Assembly (NCBI GenBank): GCA_041674405.1
Contig: JBAYVT010000002.1
Span: 123,941-155,940 of the forward strand
Direction: 5' to 3'
Source: Patescibacteria group bacterium
Lineage (GTDB): Bacteria > Patescibacteriota > UBA1384 > XYA2-FULL-43-10
DNA: 32,000 bases
How positions within the stretch are numbered: position 1 is the first letter of the stretch; the number at the start of each line of letters is the position of its first letter. A program made the translations under genes and the position numbers. Shown one piece after another: positions 7,761-15,500 of the stretch. The notes under the pieces were generated by a model. The model was not told the DNA's origin. It did no database searches and was given only the letters and a program-made list of their open reading frames with translations.

Positions 7761-8118
7761 GTCGCACTCATCAACTGCCCACGGGAGGGACAACCACTTG
7801 CTCACCATGCTGTTTCTGATGTTGACGTTGATGGCGATCTTGCCACGGCCAGCCCTCCTGTTGGGGCTGATCAGCTTTTTCGGTCGGCGGAGCTCGCCCC
7901 CCTGCGATCCCGCTCCGGTCCTGGAGAGACCGGTCTCTGGCGCCGAGCCATCGGGCCAGGGAAAGTATCAGATGAATGTGTGGGGGTCTGAAGGACCCAC
8001 CGTTGCCCCGGCCTTGCAAGCCCAAGTTTTTTCACGAGTGTCTTCAGGACACTCCTATCGCCTTACAAGCGACTTACTGACAGAGCGGCCCCTGGTATGG
8101 GTCGCTCTCGCTCTTTTT
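7761..8118 (+). other. GC-rich transcription unit B: structured ncRNA or a 108-aa ORF (TTG 7798 to TAA 8124)
   Basis: Bounded by the promoter above and a terminator. GGGAGGG (7783-7789) lies 8 nt before TTG 7798. The ORF starts with the hydrophobic MLTMLFLMLTLMAILPRPALLLGLISFF. My hand count of GC3 is about 78% over the first 60 codons and about 50% afterwards. Internal helices include the perfect palindrome AGAGACCGGTCTCT. Confidence 0.35.
8082..8118 (+). terminator. intrinsic terminator of unit B
   Basis: GAGCGGCCC (8083-8091) pairs with GGGTCGCTC (8099-8107), 9 bp including one G-U. Alternatively AGAGCG (8082-8087) pairs with CGCTCT (8109-8114). T5 follows at 8114-8118. Confidence 0.55.
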
Positions 8119-8138
8119 ATTTAAGCTTATCAATATTA

Positions 8139-8147
8139 TGATATAAT
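8139..8147 (+). promoter_or_regulatory. extended -10 promoter of GC-island unit C
   Basis: TGaTATAAT (8139-8147) is a perfect extended -10. The -35 region (ATTTAA/TTTAAG) is weak. Confidence 0.5.
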
Positions 8148-8203
8148 GCTCTTGCAGAACGCCAACAGATTTTCCACGTCGGATAACGAAGGAGGGTTGT
8201 GCT

Positions 8204-8266
8204 ATGAGGGTTCTGTTCTCTGCCTTGGCATTGCTGGTGCTGGTGGCGCTGGTGGTCGTGGCCTAG
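8204..8266 (+). CDS. candidate 20-aa hydrophobic peptide MRVLFSALALLVLVALVVVA (type I toxin-like or small membrane protein)
   Basis: Canonical AAGGAGG (8189-8195) lies 8 nt before ATG 8204, and the stop is TAG 8264-8266. It is below the 60-aa cutoff of the ORF track. The 3' UTR has hairpins at 8266-8283 and 8315-8333, followed by a terminator. Confidence 0.4.
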   Translation: MRVLFSALALLVLVALVVVA

Positions 8267-8341
8267 GTCCTAGCAAGAGGACCGCGGTGGCTGGATCAAC
8301 AGCAAGAATCGGATCATCCGCCCTGGGCGGATGGCGAGATT

Positions 8342-8371
8342 AAAACGACGGCTGTCCCTAGCCGTCGTTTC
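8342..8371. terminator. bidirectional hairpin terminator (unit C on plus, mnmA on minus)
   Basis: ACGACGGC (8345-8352) pairs with GCCGTCGT (8361-8368), extendable by A-T pairs. It is flanked by AAAA on the left and TTTCT on the right. Confidence 0.55.
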
Positions 8372-8426
8372 TCGTCGTATGAGATAGTTGCCCAATAGTT
8401 TTTAGTTTTAACATTTGAGTTTTGAG

Positions 8427-9536
8427 TTATTTAATGTATCCCCCTCCCAAAACTTCATCACCCAAGTAGAACACTGCGGATTGACCGGGAGTAATCGCTC
8501 TTTGCGGCTCATCAAATTCAACTACAATGTTTTTGATCTTTGATATTTGACCTTTGATCTCGCATGGCACCGCTGCATGCCGATATCTTATTTTGACCTT
8601 AAGGCTCATAAGTTCTTCAGCCCTTAAGTTTTGAGGTTCGATCAACCAATTCAAATCTGTCACCGTCATCTCTTTGCTATATATATCCTCATCGTCACCC
8701 ACGATCAGTTGGTTTTTCGAAACATTAAATCCAACCACATAAAGTGGTTTTTTTTGAGTTTTTAGCTGACAGCTTGCAGATTGCAGTTGATCTATTCCTT
8801 TGCGTTGTCCGATTGTATAATTGACCAATCCTTCGTGAGTCCCGAGTACATTCCCCTCTTTATCGGCAATTTCGCCGGGTTTAAAATATTTCTGATCCAA
8901 ATATCTTTTCAAAAAAAAGCGATAATCACGATCACCAAAAAAGCAAATTTCCTGGCTTTCCGGCTTTTCCTTGACCGGCAGATCCCACTTTTTTGCCAGT
9001 TCCCGCACATCTTTCTTCTTCATTTCTCCGAGCGGAAACAGAGTTTTTGATAGCTGATTCTGATTCAATCGATAGAGCATGTAGCTTTGATCCTTGGTGC
9101 CGTCGATACCAGCTAAAAGCTGATAACTGGCTACTGGCAGCTTCTGGATTCGCGCATAATGTCCTGTCGCAAGATAATCACAGCCGATAGAAAGCGCTTT
9201 TTTAAGTAGAAGATCAAATTTGATTTTTTCATTACAGACAATGCACGGGTTTGGGGTTTTTAATTTTTTGTATTCATCGATGAAATAGTCAACAACATCT
9301 TTTTTGAATTCATCCACAGCGTTTATAACATAGAACGGGATACCAAGGCCGTGCGCCACCTTTCGCGCGTCTTCGAGCGCCTCATAGTTGCAACATCGAT
9401 TTTCCTTTACCACATTACACATAGGGTCAGACCATAATTTCAAAAAAAGCCCGACTAATTCGTGGCCCTCATCTTTTAACATTTTTGCCACGACGGAAGA
9501 ATCAACTCCACCGGACATTGCGACCGCAATTTTCAT
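8427..9536 (-). CDS. mnmA: tRNA-specific 2-thiouridylase MnmA
   Basis: 369 aa with the PP-loop MKIAVAMSGGVDSSVVA, catalytic-Cys context NPCIVCNEKIKF and ATGHYAR. Its ATG overlaps the folD stop (TAATG). Confidence 0.9.
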   Translation of the reverse strand: MKIAVAMSGGVDSSVVAKMLKDEGHELVGLFLKLWSDPMCNVVKENRCCNYEALEDARKVAHGLGIPFYVINAVDEFKKDVVDYFIDEYKKLKTPNPCIVCNEKIKFDLLLKKALSIGCDYLATGHYARIQKLPVASYQLLAGIDGTKDQSYMLYRLNQNQLSKTLFPLGEMKKKDVRELAKKWDLPVKEKPESQEICFFGDRDYRFFLKRYLDQKYFKPGEIADKEGNVLGTHEGLVNYTIGQRKGIDQLQSASCQLKTQKKPLYVVGFNVSKNQLIVGDDEDIYSKEMTVTDLNWLIEPQNLRAEELMSLKVKIRYRHAAVPCEIKGQISKIKNIVVEFDEPQRAITPGQSAVFYLGDEVLGGGYIK

Positions 9537-10354
9537 TATGCTTGTCTCGTTTCCGCTGATTTAACTAAGTTCGCAAATAGCATCGCTACTGTCATTGGCC
9601 CGATTCCACCCGGCACAGGAGTATAAAAGGACGCCTTGCGATAGCAATTTATATCTATATCACCGCGCAATTCCCCGCCAACCTCGGTGGTCCCCGCATC
9701 GATCAAAACCACCCCGTTTTTGACCATATCCGGCTTGATCAGATTTGCCGTTCCGGTTGCCGAAATGACAATATCGGCATCGGAAGTTATCGTTGCTAGG
9801 TATGGCGTCTCTTCATCAGCAATTCGAATATCGGCATTCTCCGATTCCAGCATACGAGCAAGAGGTGAACCTACTAAAAAGCCTTTGCCAATTATCGCAA
9901 TTTTTGATTCCTTATAATTAATACCGGATCGCTTGATCGCTTCCATTATCGAGATCGTGACTGGCGGCCGGAAATTACAGATTCCACCCCTGCAAAAGTT
10001 TAAGCCATCGACATCTTTTGCCGGATCAATTTGTTTGATTAGGTCATTTAGATTCAAATATTCTGGAATCGGAATCTGGATCATAATTCCATCAACCGAT
10101 TGATTTTGATTGAGTTCTAGAATTTTTTTCTCAACTTCTTCTTGAGTTACCTCTGTCGGATATTTGAACAAGTCAAAATGCACACCGATTTTCTCCGCTG
10201 CTCGTTCTTTTGACTCAATATAACGCGCCGTCGCAAAATCTTCACCGATCCAAATCACCGCAAGAACAGGCTTTTGTTGAAAGCTTGCAACTCGAATTTT
10301 CAAATCATCGAGTATTTCGTTTCTGATTTTTCTGCCATCAAACATGTTCATCAT
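9536..10354 (-). CDS. folD: bifunctional methylenetetrahydrofolate dehydrogenase/cyclohydrolase FolD
   Basis: 272 aa with YIESKERAAEKIG, VDGIMIQIPIP, DPAKDVDG, the Rossmann motif IIGKGFLVGSPLA and PVPGGIGPMTVAML. Confidence 0.9.
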   Translation of the reverse strand: MMNMFDGRKIRNEILDDLKIRVASFQQKPVLAVIWIGEDFATARYIESKERAAEKIGVHFDLFKYPTEVTQEEVEKKILELNQNQSVDGIMIQIPIPEYLNLNDLIKQIDPAKDVDGLNFCRGGICNFRPPVTISIMEAIKRSGINYKESKIAIIGKGFLVGSPLARMLESENADIRIADEETPYLATITSDADIVISATGTANLIKPDMVKNGVVLIDAGTTEVGGELRGDIDINCYRKASFYTPVPGGIGPMTVAMLFANLVKSAETRQA

Positions 10355-10415
10355 ATTAACTAATATCTAATAACTAATAACTTAAAACCATTTGAATCAA
10401 AACATCTAAAGCTTT

Positions 10416-10814
10416 TCAATTTTTGAGTTGTATTTTTGATTTGTTTTTGTAATCCTCTATCGCCTTATGAATTCCTTCTGCTGATAGGATCGAACAATGA
10501 TACTTCTGAGCCGGTAATTTGCCCAAGGAGTCATTGATATCATCGCGAGTAATTTCAAGCGCTTCATCCAAAGTTTTGCCCTTAGAAAGATCCGTCATCA
10601 TCGAGCTTGCGGCGATTGCTGCGGCACAACCAAGTGTTAAAAATTTAACATCCTCGATATATTCTTTGCCGTCCTTTTTTCCAACTTTGATAGTAATTTT
10701 CATCATATCGCCGCATTTCGGATTGCCGACCTCGCCAATTCCATCGGCATTTTCAATTTCCCCCACATTGTGAGGGCTTGAAAAATGTTTCATTACTTCA
10801 TCACTATATTGCAT
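10416..10814 (-). CDS. iscU: Fe-S cluster assembly scaffold, IscU/NifU N-terminal type
   Basis: 132 aa with three conserved Cys contexts: GNPKCGDMM, LTLGCAAAIA and KYHCSILSAEG. Confidence 0.85.
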   Translation of the reverse strand: MQYSDEVMKHFSSPHNVGEIENADGIGEVGNPKCGDMMKITIKVGKKDGKEYIEDVKFLTLGCAAAIAASSMMTDLSKGKTLDEALEITRDDINDSLGKLPAQKYHCSILSAEGIHKAIEDYKNKSKIQLKN

Positions 10815-10938
10815 ATGCTCCTTATGTAAAAACTTAAATGTAATAACTAATTGAATTACTCCATTGGTTCTTAGATTTAAGTTATTAGTTTTTAGTTAAT
10901 TGTCCTATGGTTTTTCGTTTTTCGATATTAGTTTTTAG

Positions 10939-12201
10939 CTATCCAATTGGGCTTATCTTTCTTAATTTCTCAATTATTCCCGGCAATACTTCCATAAGGC
11001 GATCTATTTCTTCTTCGGTGGTGTATCTCCCAATTGTGAATCGAATTGAGCTATGTGCTCTTTCTTCGGGGTATCCAAGCGCCATTATCACATGTGAGGG
11101 TTCAAGGGAACCCGATGTACAAGCCGAACCTGTAGAGGCCGCGATCCCTAGCATATCCAAATTGAGCAGAATCGACTCGCCTTCGATGCCGGCAAATGAA
11201 ATATTTACATTATTCGGGCTTCTGCAAATATCCGTGCCATTCAATTTGGCATTTGCAATATTATCGACAATACCCCTGATTAATTTTTCTCTCAATTTCA
11301 ATGATTTTTCCGTTGCATTAGTCATTTTAAGAGATGGAAAATCCTCTGACACAATCGCCCCATCGGTGTCAGCGGCATCGCGGATTACTAGTTCGGCCGC
11401 CTTGGCAAAACCGACTATGCCCGCGACATTCTCCGTGCCCGCTCGCTTCTTGTATTCTTGTCCACCACCGGTGATTTCCGGCTTAAGCGGGGTGCCTTTT
11501 TTGGCGAATAAAAGGCCGACTCCCTTCGGCCCATAAATTTTATGAGCCGTCATTGTAAGAAGATCGACATGCAAATATTTAGTTCCCATTTCGAAATACT
11601 CTGCTGCTTGCACTGCATCGGTATGGAAATAAATTTTTTGGGCATTGGGGTTTTTTTCAAGCCGACCCAGGTTTTCCTTCTCAATCATCTTGCCAATTTC
11701 GCGGATCGGCTGTGCTGTGCCAATTTCATTATTTACATACATTACAGAAACCAGGGCAGTGTTTTTACGGATTGCTTTTACTACTTGCTGGCTATTGATT
11801 ACGCCATCTTGCTCCGGGCTTATGTAGGTAGCTTCGATTTTCCCCTGTTTCTCTAGATCTTTTACGGTATCCAAAACTGCATGATGTTCAAATGTTGAAG
11901 TTACAACATGAGGTTTTTTATTCATGCCTTTATAGTCTGGCAACATCGATTCGATCACGCCGCGGATAGCCAGATTATCCGATTCCGACCCGCCAGATGT
12001 AAATAGAATTTCGCTTGGAGCGCAATCAAGAAAAAATGCCAAAAATTCTCTGGCTTTGTCGACTGCCGCTCTCGCCTCCTGCCCAAACCCGTGAACCGAC
12101 GAAGGATTGCCGAAACTCACGCCAAAATATGGCGTCATTGCTTCAATAACTTCCGGCGCAACTGGCGTGGTCGCAGCATTATCTAGATATATTCTCTTCA
12201 C
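10939..12201 (-). CDS. iscS: cysteine desulfurase (NifS/IscS family, PLP-dependent)
   Basis: 420 aa with YLDNAATTP, the PLP-lysine context TMTAHKIYGPKGVG and the active-site loop STGSACTSG. The GTG start at 12201 overlaps the upstream stop (GTGA). Confidence 0.9.
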   Translation of the reverse strand: MKRIYLDNAATTPVAPEVIEAMTPYFGVSFGNPSSVHGFGQEARAAVDKAREFLAFFLDCAPSEILFTSGGSESDNLAIRGVIESMLPDYKGMNKKPHVVTSTFEHHAVLDTVKDLEKQGKIEATYISPEQDGVINSQQVVKAIRKNTALVSVMYVNNEIGTAQPIREIGKMIEKENLGRLEKNPNAQKIYFHTDAVQAAEYFEMGTKYLHVDLLTMTAHKIYGPKGVGLLFAKKGTPLKPEITGGGQEYKKRAGTENVAGIVGFAKAAELVIRDAADTDGAIVSEDFPSLKMTNATEKSLKLREKLIRGIVDNIANAKLNGTDICRSPNNVNISFAGIEGESILLNLDMLGIAASTGSACTSGSLEPSHVIMALGYPEERAHSSIRFTIGRYTTEEEIDRLMEVLPGIIEKLRKISPIG

Positions 12202-12422
12202 TTATCTTCCTTTGATTTCTCAACGATCGATACTACTTTTCTTAAATCAGAAACGCACTTCTTGCAATTTTCCTGTTTGGACAAATTATCAAAATCAGAT
12301 TTAGATATTAAATAAGCCACCGGCTTGGAATACCTGACAACCTCAAACACATCTCCGTCCTCAACTTCTTTAAGAACCTTAGAAATGTTATTTTGCAATT
12401 CGTTTACGTTGATATTTTTCAT
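12198..12422 (-). CDS. Phd/YefM-family antitoxin-like protein (no cognate toxin gene adjacent)
   Basis: The N-terminus of this 74-aa ORF, INVNELQNNISKVLKEVEDGDVFEVVRYSKPVAYLISKSDFDNL, matches the YefM/Phd pattern (compare E. coli YefM [45 protein letters not shown]). Confidence 0.6.
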   Translation of the reverse strand: MKNINVNELQNNISKVLKEVEDGDVFEVVRYSKPVAYLISKSDFDNLSKQENCKKCVSDLRKVVSIVEKSKEDK

Positions 12423-12511
12423 TGGCTTTCGGCACTAAAATTATACTCATCTAAGGTAACATCTTAGGTAGATTTAGTCAATAGATACAAATATAAATAA
12501 TATTTAGAATC

Positions 12512-15500
12512 TTAAGATTTAGAATTTCTCTTTTCCATCTCAATCTTTTTATTTACGGCAGAAATTTCTTCATCCGTATCAAACCTTACCGGTTTTGGCA
12601 GAGTGTAACCTTCCTTGGTAGCTAAAATTGTGTACCTACCCCGTTTCAAAATCGCCGAAAACTTACCTTTGTCATCAGTTACCGCAGTCTTTACAAGCCT
12701 TGTGTTATCTCCGGTCATTATCCTAACCAACGTTAGGCCGATAGGCTCGCCCTTATGTCGGTCTACCACCATGCTCCATGGCGACTTTCTTATGACCAGT
12801 GAGAAATTGATAACCCAAAGCAGAATATAGCCGGCAAGGATCAGATAATTTAACAAATTTGGGTCATGAATTAAATTGTTCAAGACCAATATGGTACCGG
12901 CCGTAAGTACAACAATCGAAGCATAATTGAAGAATCTTTCCATTTTTCTAAGCCAACCCAAGATTGCATGAATACCAGAAAGGCTTTTGCCATTTATACT
13001 CATTATGATCGTCGGCACCAAAAATCCTTTGGTATAGCTATCAATCTCATATATTTTCCCTGTGTCAAAATCATAATATTGATCCGGTTTTGGTGCGAGC
13101 TGGTACTTGTCTTTCTTCGCGATGATTTTGTATTTGCCCGGAGGTTCGGCGAATCCGTACACGCCTGATTTATCGGTGGTTGTTGTCTCAATAACCCTTT
13201 CTGTGCCATCTTCGCCTACTTTAATCAAGCTAACCATCGCTCCAGAAAGCGGCAAACCGGTTCCATCCTCGAGCACTTGGCCCCATTTTTTGCGTTTCTT
13301 TTTAACCGTACCGAAAGATAGAATGGAATAAACAATTATATGAATGACTTCCTTGAGTGAGAATAAAGTTATTAAGTTTGTTGCGGGTGCCAATCCGGCG
13401 ACAACTACTGCCATGCCCAGAGCTGCTGCGGCAGTCACTGGCGGAGCAGCCTCTTTTGAGATACCAACAGCTGCATAAACTTTTTCTATTCCCCCTGCAA
13501 CAATATCGATTGAAACCGCCACATCTTCGACGCCGCCGACAATGCCACCAATAATAACTTCACCGATTGTTTCTTTTCGTACATTTACTGACGCAGCAGC
13601 CTTCACATCACCGAATGAAGCTTGAACGGTGTTTTCAAATGAGCCAACTTCCTTACCTGCGGTGAATAATCCGGTTTGGTCAATCTCCCCGCCACCATTC
13701 ATAACCGACCACACGATAATTGCTGTTGGAATTTCTGAATCATCTGAGGCAAAAGCTTTTGCACTAAACTGCACGGAGTCTTCAACTTTTATTTTCGCAC
13801 TTGTCGGTGAAATGATAATGTATGATGCAGTTTTTTCCGGATTTCCCAGAGTTGTCACCTCAGACGCAGTAGAAAAATCAGTTTCAACGTTGCTATTATT
13901 TCTTGCCTTAAGCCTATAAGCATAATTCGTAGAAGCTGCAAGGCCTGTGTTTATAAATCCGTCGCTTCCACCCCAGTCGGCATACAATTGCCAATCGGGA
14001 CTATCGGAAAATGCCCCATCGGAATGCCTGACATACTTACCTGCGGTGTCATTGTAAATCGCATATCGTGTGTTAGCTGGGTTGCCGTTTTGGTTAATCG
14101 CAATTTTTACTGATGACTCGGAAACTACTGAAAGAATTGGGGCATCTGGTGTGTTCGCAAGAGTATAAGATGTAGCAAAATTTGACTTTTCCGTTCCTTT
14201 CCTATTGGTCACGGTAACTTGGCGAGTATATGCCGTATTCGGAGCAAGAGATTGTTCTAGCCAGGACGAGGCAGAAGCTGCAAGTGTTCCCGAGAGCGGA
14301 TTGCCAGCGGCATCTAACACTGCCCAACTGGTGTGATCATCGTCGGTATTTGACCAAACCCAATTAATCTGGCTGGTAACAATGTCTGTTCCCCTGAAAT
14401 CTGTAGAGGGTGTAGGCCCAAGGCAATTCGCCGTTGTGAAATTTATGATTGCAGAATAATTCCCCGCGCCATTCTGGTTTGACGTTGCGGACACCTTGGC
14501 GTAATACTTTGTTTTTCTTGCAAGGCCCGATAAAGAAGTGGCTGTTGTGCTGATATCCGAAATTGTGCCTTTATTTGAAGCTCCGGAATCCGTTCCGTAC
14601 GAAAGAGTATATTTATCCGCGCCCTCTGGCGCAATCCATGTCAGGTTCGCCGAAGTTCTGCAAACGGCATTTGCTTCTAGGCTCGCTGGAGCAGCTGGCG
14701 GAGTGACTTTTGCCGAAGATGGAGAATAAGTTGTGTCGGTATTGTCCCCATTTCTTGCTTTGGCCTTGATCCAATACTGGGTATTTGGATCAAGATTAGC
14801 CAATGTATATGATGTACTTGTCTGCCAGGACATGCCGGCGGGATCGGTAAAATCCGTGCCATTTATTGAATATTGGATCCAATAGTTTGTTCCTGATGGA
14901 TTCAAACTTGGGCTAATTGTTCCTGTTACGAAATATGCCCCCGCCACCGTTGAAACCGTCGGCATATTGGCAAGCGTGTACTTTGGAGATGAATAGGCGC
15001 TTGTTGAGTTGCCGGCGTCATTAAACGCAACAACTTTAGCACAATATTGTGTATTTATATCCTTACCATCAACGTCTTGCGAGGTTTCCCCGGCACCAGT
15101 CGTATAGTCGGGAGAATCTGGATAAGAAGCCTGTGAACAATCAGAATTCGGAGTGGTAGAAATATAAACCTTGAATCCGGTTTCATCAGATGAGTTGTCG
15201 TCCCAAGTCACTTGGAAAGAATCGTTTTGGATGGTGCCTATTGCTGCATTAGTTGGCGCACTCGGCGCTGTAACACAAGAGCCGGTGGGAGAAATATTCC
15301 AATCGGTATTACTTCCCCCATCCGTAGAATAAGTAGCACAGAAAGAGGCACCCGAATTGGTAGAATTTGAGATGGTGGCGTACGAAATAGTTGCGGTGGC
15401 CGGGTTAATATTCCAGCCACCAGAACCACCAGACCTCTTAAGAACTACATGGCTTCCCGAAGTTCCGGTTACCGTCCATGTGCCAGATATCGTTTGGGTC

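Noticed and set aside
7534-7880. tmRNA. CTCTCCACCA at 7567-7576 resembles a tmRNA/tRNA 3' end, and GGGGCTGA at 7863 resembles a tmRNA 5' end, possibly as a permuted gene.
   Set aside because: No T-arm (GGTTCRANYCC) precedes the CCA-like end. No Ala-resume codon or tag reading frame is recognisable, and the putative acceptor strands do not pair.
7184-8025. ORF-track entries inside the GC island: 7184-7486(-), 7203-7475(-), 7342-7575(-), 7374-7685(+), 7427-7627(+), 7701-7991(+), 7771-8025(-) and 8146-8343(+).
   Set aside because: The translations are Arg/Pro/Gly/Ala-rich with no SD at their starts. They overlap mutually in several frames, as expected of stop-poor GC-rich DNA. ORF 8146 starts inside the -10 box. 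For 7184-7486(-), GC3 in the part overlapping the plus-strand 7220 frame (about 64%) is lower than that frame's (about 81%).
7133-8375. RNase P RNA or SRP RNA as an explanation for the GC-rich island.
   Set aside because: On neither strand could I find the universal RNase P motifs (GGAAAGTCCGG, ACAGAAnnCGGCTTA) or the SRP domain IV motif (GGAAGGAAGCAGCC-like). ATCCGGACAGCGGAAGG at 7397-7413 is only a loose resemblance.
7133-8375. Assembly chimera or contaminating high-GC fragment.
   Set aside because: This cannot be excluded without reads. However, the island is internally punctuated by AT-rich promoter and terminator segments of host-like composition. Both borders coincide with normal gene ends. 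It is kept as a caveat under the finding rather than as the preferred explanation.
10907-11536. 209-aa plus-strand ORF antisense to iscS, together with 11542-11856 and 11645-11827.
   Set aside because: They lie entirely within the well-supported cysteine desulfurase gene on the opposite strand and have low-complexity translations.
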